This document shows, in pieces, positions 1-12,284 of a DNA stretch of 64,000 nucleotides. The notes beneath the pieces were generated by a model. It saw nothing but the letters and a program-made list of their open reading frames with translations, was not told where the DNA came from and did not search any database. The translations under genes were made by a program, and so were the position numbers. The stretch comes from an uncultured Clostridia bacterium. Lineage in GTDB: Bacteria > Bacillota > Clostridia > TANB77 > CAG-508. The stretch is taken from contig CAUWBF010000001.1 in NCBI GenBank assembly GCA_963557785.1, positions 161,889-225,888 of the forward strand. Direction: 5' to 3'. Each line of letters starts with the position of its first letter. Positions within the stretch are counted from its first letter, which is position 1.

Positions 1-4
1 TGAC

Positions 5-13
5 AAGTGCTAA
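5..13 (+). promoter_or_regulatory. Probable right arm of a CIRCE operator cut by the window edge
   Basis: AAGTGCTAA matches 8/9 of the CIRCE right arm GAGTGCTAA. The left arm would lie upstream of base 1. A TATAAT -10-like hexamer follows at 21-26. Confidence 0.4.
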
Positions 14-38
14 AATAGGATATAATATATATAAAGAT

Positions 39-65
39 TTAGCAAACAAGAATAATGATTGCTAA
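39..65 (+). promoter_or_regulatory. CIRCE-like inverted repeat (HrcA operator) in the hrcA leader
   Basis: TTAGCAAAC-N9-GATTGCTAA against consensus TTAGCACTC-N9-GAGTGCTAA (15/18, correct 9-nt spacer). It lies between the TATAAT at 21-26 and the hrcA RBS. Confidence 0.6.
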
Positions 66-79
66 AAGAGGTGAAAAAA

Positions 80-1093
80 TTGTTAGATGAGAGAAAAAAG
101 AAAATCCTACAGGCAATTGTAGAAGAATATATAAATACTGCAGAACCTGTTAGTTCAGGAAGTTTAACAAAAAATCATGGTTTAGATTATAGCAGTGCAA
201 CAATAAGAAATGATATGGCACATTTAGAGAGTATAGGGCTTTTAGATAAACCACATACTTCAAGTGGAAGAGTTCCATCAGCTAAAGGATACAGATACTA
301 TGTTAATGAACTTATAAAAGAAGATGATATTAGTATTGAAGAAATTAAATATATTCAATCAAAACTGAAAACTAAGGTAAATGAAATTGAAGACTTAACT
401 AGAATTACAACAGAAACTCTTTCAGAAATAACACATTATACTACTGTTGCTGTTGGACCTAAAAACGATGTTCAAACAATCGAAGAATTAAAGTTCGTTC
501 TTTTAGGTTCTAGAATGATGATGGTAGTTATTGTAACAGACAGTGGTTTAGTAAAAGAAACAATTATTAAATTTGATGAGGATGTAACAGAAAATCAAAT
601 AGAAACTTTAAATAATTTATTTAATAATAGACTAAAAGGAAAACCATTAAGTAAAATAGATAAGCCAATGGAAGAATATATTACATCGGAATTAAATTAT
701 AGTGTAGATGTAATAAAAACTATAATAGATCAAATAAATAAAATACTTGAAGAAGATAGTAAAATGTATCTAGAAGGAACAAATAAAGCTTTTGACTTTC
801 CTGAATTTAAAAGTATTAAGGTAGCTAAAAATTTTATGGATCTTATAGATACCAAAGAAGAAATGATAGAACTATTAAATTCTGGAGTTGCAGATGATAT
901 AAACGTATATATCGGAGATGAAGGAGATAATGAGCAATTAAAAGATTTTAGTATAGTTACATTTAAACATACAGTAGGAAATAAAGACTTAGGAACAATA
1001 GGAATTATAGGACCAAAAAGAATGGACTATTCAAAAGTTATTTCAGTAATGAAATACATAAATAAAAAACTAAATGAAGAAAATAAAAATTAA
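80..1093 (+). CDS. hrcA: Heat-inducible transcription repressor HrcA
   Basis: The N-terminal winged-helix segment (ILQAIVEEYINTAEPVSSGSL) and the overall length are typical of HrcA, and it precedes grpE-dnaK-dnaJ. I prefer the TTG at 80 (RBS AGAGGTG 7 nt upstream) to the track start at 59, which lies inside the CIRCE repeat. Confidence 0.93.
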   Translation: MLDERKKKILQAIVEEYINTAEPVSSGSLTKNHGLDYSSATIRNDMAHLESIGLLDKPHTSSGRVPSAKGYRYYVNELIKEDDISIEEIKYIQSKLKTKVNEIEDLTRITTETLSEITHYTTVAVGPKNDVQTIEELKFVLLGSRMMMVVIVTDSGLVKETIIKFDEDVTENQIETLNNLFNNRLKGKPLSKIDKPMEEYITSELNYSVDVIKTIIDQINKILEEDSKMYLEGTNKAFDFPEFKSIKVAKNFMDLIDTKEEMIELLNSGVADDINVYIGDEGDNEQLKDFSIVTFKHTVGNKDLGTIGIIGPKRMDYSKVISVMKYINKKLNEENKN

Positions 1094-1107
1094 AGGAGGA
1101 TATAGTT

Positions 1108-1629
1108 TTGTCAGAAGAAAAAATAAATAATGAAGAATTAGAAAAGGATAACTTAGAAAATCAAGAAATAGAAGAACAAAATGAAGAAAATGAATTATTA
1201 AAGAAAAAGCAAGAAGAACTAGATGATATCACAGATAGATATAAAAGAGTGTTTGCTGAATTTGAAAACTATAAAAAAAGAAGCTCAAAAGAAAGAGAAA
1301 ATCTATATGGTTCAATTTTAGCAGATATAGTAACAGCAATGCTTCCTGTAATAGATAATTTGGAAAAAGCTGTAGAAGCAAAAACAGAAGATGAAAACTA
1401 TAAGCAAGGTGTAGAACTTGTATTAAAACAATTCAAAGATGTTTTAACAGCACAAGGGGTAGAAGAAATTAAAGCAGTTGGAGAAACATTTGATCCAGAA
1501 TTACATGAAGCAGTAAGTTCAGTTATAGATGAAAACCTTGGAGAAAAAGAAATAAAACAAGATTATAGAAAAGGCTATAAAATTGGAAATAAAGTAATAA
1601 GACATTCAATGGTTGTAGTTGCTAACTAA
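1108..1629 (+). CDS. grpE: Nucleotide exchange factor GrpE
   Basis: Acidic coiled-coil N-terminus, then RVFAEFENYKKR and a C-terminal beta domain (GYKIGNKVIRHSMV). Operon position supports the call. Confidence 0.95.
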   Translation: MSEEKINNEELEKDNLENQEIEEQNEENELLKKKQEELDDITDRYKRVFAEFENYKKRSSKERENLYGSILADIVTAMLPVIDNLEKAVEAKTEDENYKQGVELVLKQFKDVLTAQGVEEIKAVGETFDPELHEAVSSVIDENLGEKEIKQDYRKGYKIGNKVIRHSMVVVAN

Positions 1630-1642
1630 AGGTAGGATTATA

Positions 1643-4140
<2,498 letters not shown>

Positions 4141-4161
4141 GTAAGATAAAAGTAAATAAAT

Positions 4162-4200
4162 CCAAAGAGTTTTAAACAACTCTTTGGTATTACTTTATAC
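4162..4200 (+). terminator. Stem-loop between dnaK and dnaJ (partial terminator or attenuator)
   Basis: CCAAAGAGTT-(TTAAAC)-AACTCTTTGG, a 10-bp perfect stem followed by a T-rich tract. Confidence 0.55.
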
Positions 4201-4216
4201 TTTTGTGGAGGAAAAA

Positions 4217-5362
4217 ATGGCAAATAAAAGAGACTATTATGAAGTGTTAGGAGTTAGCAAAACAGCTACTGATGAAGAACTTAAAAAAGCATATAGAAAG
4301 CTTGCCAAACAATACCACCCTGATGCTAATCCAAATAATAAAGAAGAAGCAGAAGCAAAATTTAAAGAAGTAAATGAAGCTTATGAAAATTTATCAGATC
4401 CACAAAAAAGAAGAATGTATGATCAATTTGGACACGATGGACCACAAGGATTTGGCGGTGGAGGCCAGGGAGGATATTATTCATATTCTACATCAGGATT
4501 TGATGGATTTGATATGGGAGATATAGGAGATATTTTTTCTTCAATATTTGGTGGTGGTTTTGGAGGAAGAACTTCAAGACAATCAAATGGACCAAGAAAA
4601 GGTGCAGATATCAAACATAATATAGAAATTACTTTTGAAGAATCATTCTTAGGTGCCAATAAAGAAATAGCTATAAGCAGAAATGAAGAATGTAATACAT
4701 GCCACGGTACTGGAGCAAAACCTGGTACTAATACAGTAACTTGTTCTACTTGTCATGGAACAGGACAAATAAAACAAGTACAAAATACAATACTAGGTCA
4801 AATGCAAACTACTAGAACATGTTCAGCATGTGGTGGTACAGGAAAAATAATTCAAGAACCTTGTATTGATTGTAGGGGAAAAGGTAGTGTTAGAAAACAA
4901 GCTAAAATAAGCATTTCAATACCAGCTGGAATAAACGATAATCAAACTATAGTACTAAGAGGAGAAGGTGAACCTGGAGAAAAAGGCGGACCTAAAGGAG
5001 ATGTATATATTACTGTACATATTAAAAGACATAGTATATATACAAGAAAGGGAGATAATGTTGTTTGTGAAGTGCCAATAACAATAACTCAAGCAACTTT
5101 AGGGGCAGAATTAGAAATTCCATTAGTAGATGGAAGTAAAGAAAAGTATAAAATACCAGAGGGAACGCAAACAGGAACAAAATTTGTTATTAAAAATAAA
5201 GGATTTAAAAGTATAAATTCAAGCTGGCAAGGAGATTTTATATTTAATGTTATTGTTCAAACACCAAAAAGACTAACTAAAGAGCAAAGAGATTTATTAA
5301 TGCAGTTAGCAAAAACGATGAATGAACAACCACCAATTAAAAAAAGAGGTATATTTGGATAA
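4217..5362 (+). CDS. dnaJ: Co-chaperone DnaJ
   Basis: J domain (DYYEVLGV...HPD), a G/F-rich linker and four CxxCxGxG zinc-finger repeats. The ATG at 4217 follows a GGAGGA RBS. Confidence 0.97.
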   Translation: MANKRDYYEVLGVSKTATDEELKKAYRKLAKQYHPDANPNNKEEAEAKFKEVNEAYENLSDPQKRRMYDQFGHDGPQGFGGGGQGGYYSYSTSGFDGFDMGDIGDIFSSIFGGGFGGRTSRQSNGPRKGADIKHNIEITFEESFLGANKEIAISRNEECNTCHGTGAKPGTNTVTCSTCHGTGQIKQVQNTILGQMQTTRTCSACGGTGKIIQEPCIDCRGKGSVRKQAKISISIPAGINDNQTIVLRGEGEPGEKGGPKGDVYITVHIKRHSIYTRKGDNVVCEVPITITQATLGAELEIPLVDGSKEKYKIPEGTQTGTKFVIKNKGFKSINSSWQGDFIFNVIVQTPKRLTKEQRDLLMQLAKTMNEQPPIKKRGIFG

Positions 5363-5370
5363 AAGTTTAT

Positions 5371-5406
5371 AAGAAGGTAAATATCGCTATTTACCTTCTT
5401 TTTTAT
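5371..5406 (+). terminator. Rho-independent terminator of the dnaK operon
   Basis: 13-bp stem AAGAAGGTAAATA/TATTTACCTTCTT with a 4-nt loop, followed by TTTTT. Confidence 0.8.
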
Positions 5407-5461
5407 TTATAAATGCATATTGGACATTCATAAAATAATATCTATAGATAGGGTGATGTTT

Positions 5462-6220
5462 ATGAAAGTTTTAACAATAAAAAAGAAAAATATATTTAAA
5501 GTTACAATAATAATAGCATTTGTACTAGTAATTTCTAGAGTATCAACTTCTTTTGGTATGCAACATTATTATAAAGTAGATTTTTCTACAGGATTAGTAA
5601 CAGCGACAACTTTAAATGTAAGAAGTGGACCAGGTACACAGTATAGAGTAATTGCTACTGTAAATAAAAATGAGTATATTAGAGTTTTTGCAGGAGTAGG
5701 AGATTGGTATGTTGTTCAAGTAGAAGGAGATTATATTGGAGCAGTTAGTAAGAAGTATGTTAAAGCAATTTATCCTAGCTCAAATACAGGAAATAATCAA
5801 AATAATTCGACAAATCAAAATACGCAAATTTCTACAATGAATGAAGATGAACAAGAAGTATTTAATTTAATAAATAAGCAAAGAACTAATAATGGATTAT
5901 CGGCTTTAAAAGTAGATAGCGAAGTACAAAGAGTGGCAAGAATAAAAGCAGAAGATATGGTGGCAAATAATTATTTTTCACATAATTCTCCAACATATGG
6001 TTCACCATTTGATATGCTAAAAAGTTTTAAAGTTTCATATAAAACGGCAGGAGAAAATATTGCAGGAAATTCCAGTAATAGCGCAGCAGTAAATGCTTGG
6101 ATGAATTCTTCAGGACATAAAGCTAATATTTTAAATAGTAGTTTTAATTATACAGGAATAGGCGTTGTAAGTAGTCCAAAATATGGAAAAATGTATGTAC
6201 AAATGTTTATAGCAAAATAA
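5462..6220 (+). CDS. Secreted SH3b-domain plus CAP/SCP (YkwD-like) domain protein
   Basis: Signal/TM segment (VTIIIAFVLVISRVS), an SH3b-like segment (LNVRSGPGTQYRVIATV...GDWYVVQ), an N/Q-rich linker, and a CAP domain (NYFSHNSPTYGSP...GENIA...WMNSSGHKANIL). Confidence 0.8.
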   Translation: MKVLTIKKKNIFKVTIIIAFVLVISRVSTSFGMQHYYKVDFSTGLVTATTLNVRSGPGTQYRVIATVNKNEYIRVFAGVGDWYVVQVEGDYIGAVSKKYVKAIYPSSNTGNNQNNSTNQNTQISTMNEDEQEVFNLINKQRTNNGLSALKVDSEVQRVARIKAEDMVANNYFSHNSPTYGSPFDMLKSFKVSYKTAGENIAGNSSNSAAVNAWMNSSGHKANILNSSFNYTGIGVVSSPKYGKMYVQMFIAK

Positions 6221-6241
6221 ATTAGATAGGGATACTTTTAA

Positions 6242-6270
6242 TTGTATTTTTAGGTTCTATATGATATAAT
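6242..6270 (+). promoter_or_regulatory. SigA-type promoter upstream of ispH
   Basis: TTGTAT, a 17-nt spacer, then TATAAT with a TG extended -10 (TGATATAAT). Confidence 0.45.
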
Positions 6271-6320
6271 GCACTAGAAAAATACTAAATAAAAATAATT
6301 ATTATATTAGGGAGAAATAT

Positions 6321-7172
6321 ATGGAAATATTATTAGGTAAAACAGCTGGATTTTGTGGAGGAGTTAGCTTTGCAGTACAAAGTTCAGAACAAGATTTAGA
6401 TAAATATAATAAAGTATATTGTTTAGGAGAATTAGTACATAATAAAGAAGTTATAAATAATCTAGAGAAAAAAGGACTTATAATTGTTAATAATATATCA
6501 GAGGCTAAAGATAGAATAATTATTAGAGCACATGGTGTTGAAAAAGATATTTATGAAAAAGCAAAAGAAATGAATATTAAATTATTAGATTATACTTGTA
6601 AAAAAGTATTATTAATTCATAATTTAGTAGAAGAATATGCAAAAAAAGGATATTACATTATATTAATAGGAGAAAGTAATCATCCGGAAGTTATTGGTAC
6701 ATATAGCTTTTGTGGAGAATATAAAAGTAAAGTAAATAAGATTGAAGATATAGATGAAGTAATAAATAACATAAAAAAATCTAATATAAATAAGGTCTTA
6801 GTAGTAGCTCAAACTACATTTAATGGTCTTAAATTTGACGAGATAGTAGAAAAAATAAAGGAAAAGTTAGATAACTCTATAGAATTAGAAATAAATAAAA
6901 CAATATGTAATGCAACAATGTTAAGACAAAATGAAACTATAGAATTATCTAAACAAGTGGACTTAATGATAATAATCGGGGGAAAAAATAGTTCAAATAC
7001 TAATAAACTATATGAGATATCAAATAAATATTGTCAAAATGCTATTGTAGTAGAAACATACAAGGAAATAGATAAAGAGTTTATAAAGAGATTTAAAAAG
7101 ATAGGAATTATGGCAGGAGCTTCAACTCCAAAAGCTAGTATAGATGAAGTAGTAAAATATATAAGCAATTAA
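6321..7172 (+). CDS. ispH: 4-hydroxy-3-methylbut-2-enyl diphosphate reductase
   Basis: GFCGGV near the N-terminus, HN(K)EV, IIRAHGV and the three conserved Cys positions of IspH/LytB; 283 aa. Confidence 0.92.
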   Translation: MEILLGKTAGFCGGVSFAVQSSEQDLDKYNKVYCLGELVHNKEVINNLEKKGLIIVNNISEAKDRIIIRAHGVEKDIYEKAKEMNIKLLDYTCKKVLLIHNLVEEYAKKGYYIILIGESNHPEVIGTYSFCGEYKSKVNKIEDIDEVINNIKKSNINKVLVVAQTTFNGLKFDEIVEKIKEKLDNSIELEINKTICNATMLRQNETIELSKQVDLMIIIGGKNSSNTNKLYEISNKYCQNAIVVETYKEIDKEFIKRFKKIGIMAGASTPKASIDEVVKYISN

Positions 7173-7200
7173 AAGTTTAATTATGTTAGGGCGTGATTAA

Positions 7201-8115
7201 TTGGAAAAAGAAGAAATATATAATAGTATAATAAATATAGTTTCGAAAGAAACTACAGTATTAAAAGATGAATTAATGTCTAAACACACATCATTTAAAA
7301 TTGGTGGACCAGCAGATATATACATAAAATCAAAAAGCATAGAAGATATAATTAAAATTGTAAATTATGCAAATAAAAAAAATATTAAAATAACTATTGT
7401 AGGAAATGGAAGTAACTTATTAGTAAAGGATAGTGGAATAAGAGGTATTACATTAAGAGCAGATTTAGATAAAATTGAAATAGATGAAGAGAATAATATT
7501 GTAACTGTAGGAAGTGGTGTTTTATTATCATTTTTATCTCAAATATTATTAAAAAAAGAATATGAAGGATTTGAATTTGCTTCTGGTATACCTGGAACAA
7601 TAGGTGGAGCAGTTAGAATGAATGCTGGTGCCCATGGAAGAGAAATGAAAGATATAGTTATATCTACAAAATATCTGTCAGCAGATGGAGAAATAAAAGA
7701 AATAGATAATGAAAGGCATAAATTTAAATATAGAAATAGCATTTTTGATAATTGCAATTGTATTATATTAGAAACAAAATTAAAACTTGAAAAAGGAAAT
7801 TATGAAACGATAAAAAACAGAATGACCGAATATTTAAGTTATAGAAAAAGTACACAACCTATAGAGTTCCCAAATGCCGGAAGTACATTTAAAAGAGGAA
7901 GCGACTTTATAACAGCAAAACTGATAGATGAATGTGGCTTAAAAGGATATAGCGTTGGAGATGCAGAAGTTTCAACAAAACATGCAGGATTTATAGTAAA
8001 CAAAGGTAAAGCAACAGCAAAAGATGTTATAGAACTTACTAATATAATAAAACGAAAGATTAAAGAAAAGTTCGAAAAAGATGTAGAATTAGAAGTACAA
8101 ATAATTGGTGAATAA
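7201..8115 (+). CDS. murB: UDP-N-acetylenolpyruvoylglucosamine reductase
   Basis: FAD-binding domain (TSFKIGGPAD, VGNGSNLL), IPGTIGGAVRMNAGAHG, and a C-terminal GSTFK/AGFIVN region. Confidence 0.93.
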   Translation: MEKEEIYNSIINIVSKETTVLKDELMSKHTSFKIGGPADIYIKSKSIEDIIKIVNYANKKNIKITIVGNGSNLLVKDSGIRGITLRADLDKIEIDEENNIVTVGSGVLLSFLSQILLKKEYEGFEFASGIPGTIGGAVRMNAGAHGREMKDIVISTKYLSADGEIKEIDNERHKFKYRNSIFDNCNCIILETKLKLEKGNYETIKNRMTEYLSYRKSTQPIEFPNAGSTFKRGSDFITAKLIDECGLKGYSVGDAEVSTKHAGFIVNKGKATAKDVIELTNIIKRKIKEKFEKDVELEVQIIGE

Positions 8116-8133
8116 TGAAAGGATGTTATTAAA

Positions 8134-9699
8134 ATGAAAGGATTTTTTGATTGGTTTAAACCAAGTGCTAAAATGAAAAGATGGATTTTTACATTATTGT
8201 TAGGTGTAATTTTATCTTGTTATGGACTAGCTGAAGTATTAGTAATGAAAGAGTTACTTTTTTCTGAAGTAGCAAAAGTAACTATTTTATTTGTAATAGG
8301 ATTTACTCTTATAGTTATTGGAATAGTTTGTATGCAAAAAAGAACATTAGAAATATTAATTGAAGCTAGTGACGATAGAATACAAAGCAAAAATAAAGTT
8401 AATTTAAAATCATTAATTTTCAATAAAAAAATTTATTCTGAAGGACCAAATATTGTAGTAATAGGTGGAGGAGCAGGACTAAATACTGTTATTAAAGGAT
8501 TAAGAAAATATACAAATAATATAACAGCAGTAGTAACTGTATCTGCATACGGAAAATTACCATCAACTTCAAGAAAAGATTTAAATGTACTACCATTAGA
8601 TGATATAAAAGAAAGTATAATTGCATTATCAAATAATGATGAAATAGTTGAAAAATTACTTAATACAGAATTTAAGAGTGGAAAATTAAGAGATTTATCT
8701 TTCTCAGATATATACTTTAGTGCAATGAAAAAAATATCAAATAACTTTTCTGATTCAATAGAAAATTCTAATAAAATATTTAATATAGTTGGTAAAGTTT
8801 TACCTGTAACATTAGACGAAATGAAAATATGTGCAGAATTAGATAATGGAATGGTAATCGAAGATAAAGACAAAATACCAGAAGTTGTTTATGAAAAAGT
8901 TACAAAAATAAATAGAGTATATATTTCTCCAACAAATTGTAGAACTACTCCAGAAGTAGTAGAGGCTATAAAAAATGCTGATTGTATAGTAATAGGACCA
9001 GGAAGTTTATATACTAATGTAATACCAAACCTTTTAGTTAATGGTGTTGCAAAAGCAATAAAAGAGAGTAAGGCTATAAAAACATATATATGTAATATAA
9101 TGACAGAACCAGGACAAACAGATAACTATGGAGTTTCTGATCATGTTAATGCAATCATAGATCATGTAGGACAAGGTATAATAGATTATTGTGTATATGA
9201 TACAGGGGAAGTTATTCCAGAATACATAAAAAAATATAATTTAGAAGGTTCTGACTTAGTAGAACAAGATATTCAAAAAGTTAAAAATAAAGGGATTCAA
9301 TTATTACAAAGAAATTTATCAACAATTGGAGATGGAGATAGAATAAGACATAATCCAGATGCTGTTGCATCATCAATTATTGAATTAATTTGTGATGATT
9401 TAAAATATAAAGACAAACAAGATGATCCTCAATATGTAATGCTAAAAGCTAAAAATGATTATGAAAAGAAGATAAATAAAGAACGAAAAGCAAATTCTAA
9501 AAAGAAACCTGAAAAAAATAAAAATGAAAAAGTAAAACAAAGTAAATTTGCTTCAAAATATGGAAATAGAATTGAATCAATAAAAAATACTGATAGAATC
9601 AAAAAAGAAAATATGAGAATTATGAAAGAAGCAGATAAACTAGAAGAAGGCGAAAGAGAAGAATTTTTAAAAAGCTTTAACATGGATGATAATAAATAA
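8134..9699 (+). CDS. yvcK: YvcK/CofD-family (gluconeogenesis factor-like) protein with an N-terminal membrane anchor and a Lys-rich C-terminal tail
   Basis: Core IVVIGGGAGLNTVIKGL...GPGSLYTNVIPNLLV. Two hydrophobic helices lie in the first ~70 aa, and there is a ~90-aa K/E-rich extension at the C-terminus. Confidence 0.8.
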   Translation: MKGFFDWFKPSAKMKRWIFTLLLGVILSCYGLAEVLVMKELLFSEVAKVTILFVIGFTLIVIGIVCMQKRTLEILIEASDDRIQSKNKVNLKSLIFNKKIYSEGPNIVVIGGGAGLNTVIKGLRKYTNNITAVVTVSAYGKLPSTSRKDLNVLPLDDIKESIIALSNNDEIVEKLLNTEFKSGKLRDLSFSDIYFSAMKKISNNFSDSIENSNKIFNIVGKVLPVTLDEMKICAELDNGMVIEDKDKIPEVVYEKVTKINRVYISPTNCRTTPEVVEAIKNADCIVIGPGSLYTNVIPNLLVNGVAKAIKESKAIKTYICNIMTEPGQTDNYGVSDHVNAIIDHVGQGIIDYCVYDTGEVIPEYIKKYNLEGSDLVEQDIQKVKNKGIQLLQRNLSTIGDGDRIRHNPDAVASSIIELICDDLKYKDKQDDPQYVMLKAKNDYEKKINKERKANSKKKPEKNKNEKVKQSKFASKYGNRIESIKNTDRIKKENMRIMKEADKLEEGEREEFLKSFNMDDNK

Positions 9700-9725
9700 T
9701 CTATAGAATAATCGGAGGAATATAA

Positions 9726-11765
9726 ATGAAAATAACAAAAGAAAAAATTTCTTTAGAGGATGGTTTAACAAAAGAATGGATAATATCAAATGGAATAGGT
9801 GGATTTGCATCATCTACAATAATTGGCGCTAATACAAGAAAATATCATGGATTATTAATAGCACCACTTACTCCGCCAGCAAGAAGGTTTTTAGTACTTT
9901 CAAAGGTAGACGAAAGTATAGAAATTGAAGGAAAAGAAAATATATTATATACCAATGTATGTGAAAATTATATTTCAGAGGGATATAAAAAATTAGAATC
10001 TTTTGAAAAAGAATTTGTACCAAAGTTCACATATAAAGTAGAAAATACAACAATAGAAAAAACTATATGTTTGCAATATGGAAAAAACACAGTAGGAATA
10101 TTATATAAAATTAAAAATGGAAATTATAAATCTAAATTAAAACTAAGTCCTTTAGTTAATTTTAGAGATTTTCATACCATGAGTACAGACCATAAATATA
10201 ATATAAAACAAACAATTAATAATAATAAAGTTAAACTTGTAGTTGATGGAGAATCTAGATATCCATTATATATGTACTGCTCAGATGGAAAATATCTAAA
10301 TTATGAAAATAATAATTTTAAAAATATGTTCTATATTGAAGAACAGAAAAGAGGTTTTTATCCAAAAGAAGACCAAGCAGTAGTTGGTAGTTACGAAATA
10401 GAAATAGCTCCTAAAGAAACAAAAGAAATTTCATTTATATTCTCATTTGAAGAAAATATAGAAGAATTAAATGTTAAAAGAATGATATTAAATGAAAAAG
10501 TTAGATTAAATAAAATAATAAAAAAATCTGACTTGCTATTAGAGAGTGATACTACAATTAAGAAAAAACAAAATGAAATTGAAGAAAAAAATGAGATAAT
10601 AAAATCACTTATAGTAGCAACAGATAGTTTTATTGCATATAGACCATCGTTTGGATTACATACGATATTAGCAGGATATCCATGGTTTTTAGATTGGGGA
10701 AGGGATAGTTTAATATCTTTTGAAGGATTACTTTTAAAAACAAAAAGATATGATATTGCAAGAGAAGTATTACTAACCTTTACTAAAGATATAAAATTTG
10801 GATTAGTTCCAAATGGATATTCAGGATATGATAATAGACCTTTATATAATAGTGTAGATAGTTCATTATTATTATTTGAACAATTAAATAAATATATAAA
10901 ATATACAAAAGATTATGATTTTATAGAAAAAAATTTTTATAGAGAACTTGTAAAAGTCATAGAAGCATATAAATCTGGAATAGATGTAGACGATAACAAT
11001 ATTTATATGGATAAAGATGGATTAATTCATTCAGGAACAGAAAATACACAAAATACATGGATGGATGCAAAAGTTAATGATTTTGCAGTTACTCCTAGAA
11101 ACGGAAAAGCAGTAGAAATAAATAGTATGTGGTATAATAGCTTAATGATAATGGGAGAATTTACAGAAAAATTTAAATCAGAAGAAAAAGCTAAGTATTA
11201 TTACGACATGGCTGAAACTACTAAGAAAGCATTTAATAAAAAATTCTATAATAAAGAAAAGAAATGTTTGTATGATGTTTTAGGTGATGAAAAAATAAGA
11301 CCAAACCAATTATTTAGTTTATCATTATCACATCCTGTTATAGATCCAAACTCAAAAAAATCAGAAGAAATAATGCAAACAGTAACTAAAAAGCTATATA
11401 CGAAACATGGTTTAAAAACTTTAGAAAAAGGATGGCAAAATTATGTTGAAGTATATGAAGGAGATAGTTTTAGAAGAGATATAAGCTATCATCAAGGAAT
11501 AACATGGCCATGGCTTTTTGGTCTATACAATGATGCATATTTAAATATGATAAATTCAAGTAAAACACAAACAAGAAAAGAAAGAATTCAAAAAGAATAT
11601 AACAAATTTAAAGATGAAGTATATAAAACATTCAAAAAAGATGTAAATGATGTAGGATGCTTAGGAAGTATATCTGAGTTATATGATTCAAAATCACCTT
11701 ATTTACCTAAAGGAGCTATATCACAAGCATGGAGTGTTTCAGAAATTTTAAGAATTATTTTATAG
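9726..11765 (+). CDS. Glycogen debranching enzyme (amylo-alpha-1,6-glucosidase family: GDE N-terminal plus (alpha/alpha)6 C-terminal domain)
   Basis: N-terminal NGIGGFASSTIIGANTRKYHGLL, central GYPWFLDWGRDSLISFEGL, and C-terminal YHQGITWPWL...ISQAWSVSE. Confidence 0.85.
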   Translation: MKITKEKISLEDGLTKEWIISNGIGGFASSTIIGANTRKYHGLLIAPLTPPARRFLVLSKVDESIEIEGKENILYTNVCENYISEGYKKLESFEKEFVPKFTYKVENTTIEKTICLQYGKNTVGILYKIKNGNYKSKLKLSPLVNFRDFHTMSTDHKYNIKQTINNNKVKLVVDGESRYPLYMYCSDGKYLNYENNNFKNMFYIEEQKRGFYPKEDQAVVGSYEIEIAPKETKEISFIFSFEENIEELNVKRMILNEKVRLNKIIKKSDLLLESDTTIKKKQNEIEEKNEIIKSLIVATDSFIAYRPSFGLHTILAGYPWFLDWGRDSLISFEGLLLKTKRYDIAREVLLTFTKDIKFGLVPNGYSGYDNRPLYNSVDSSLLLFEQLNKYIKYTKDYDFIEKNFYRELVKVIEAYKSGIDVDDNNIYMDKDGLIHSGTENTQNTWMDAKVNDFAVTPRNGKAVEINSMWYNSLMIMGEFTEKFKSEEKAKYYYDMAETTKKAFNKKFYNKEKKCLYDVLGDEKIRPNQLFSLSLSHPVIDPNSKKSEEIMQTVTKKLYTKHGLKTLEKGWQNYVEVYEGDSFRRDISYHQGITWPWLFGLYNDAYLNMINSSKTQTRKERIQKEYNKFKDEVYKTFKKDVNDVGCLGSISELYDSKSPYLPKGAISQAWSVSEILRIIL

Positions 11766-11780
11766 TAAGGTAGGTAACAA

Positions 11781-12266
11781 ATGAGAATATTAGGAATAGA
11801 TCCAGGTTTTGCAATAACAGGATATAGCGTAATAGATTATATAGGAAATAAGTTTAAACTTGTTACATCTGGAGCTATAACAACTGATGCTGGAGTATCA
11901 TTTCCAATAAGACTAGAAAAGATATTTGATGATTTAACAGCGATTATTACAGAATATAAACCAGATGCGATATCAGTAGAAGAATTATTTTTTAACAACA
12001 ATGCAAAGACAGCTATAAATGTTGCACAAGCAAGAGGAGTTATTTTAGTAGTAGGAAGAAAAATGAATATAGATACTTTTGAATATACTCCGCTACAAAT
12101 AAAGCAATCTGTTGTAGGTTATGGTAGAGCAGATAAAATACAAGTACAAAAAATGGTAAAATCTATTTTAAATGTAGACAAGCTACCAAAGTTAGATGAT
12201 ACTACAGACAGTATGGCAGCTGCAATATGTCATGCACACTCATCAAAGTTTGCGCAAAAATTATAA
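11781..12266 (+). CDS. ruvC: Crossover junction endodeoxyribonuclease RuvC
   Basis: MRILGIDPG start, EELFF, a Lys-rich middle region, and the C-terminal DDTTDSMAAAICH acidic motif; 161 aa. Confidence 0.92.
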   Translation: MRILGIDPGFAITGYSVIDYIGNKFKLVTSGAITTDAGVSFPIRLEKIFDDLTAIITEYKPDAISVEELFFNNNAKTAINVAQARGVILVVGRKMNIDTFEYTPLQIKQSVVGYGRADKIQVQKMVKSILNVDKLPKLDDTTDSMAAAICHAHSSKFAQKL

Positions 12267-12284
12267 TAAAAGGAGGTATATATA

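Noticed and set aside
8220-9683. Minus-strand ORFs of 67-146 aa inside yvcK (8220-8423, 8433-8873, 9459-9683)
   Set aside because: They are fully antisense to a gene with clear family motifs, and their products are S/I/F/L-rich low-complexity strings. This is the typical shadow-ORF pattern in AT-rich DNA, where stop codons are depleted opposite a coding strand.
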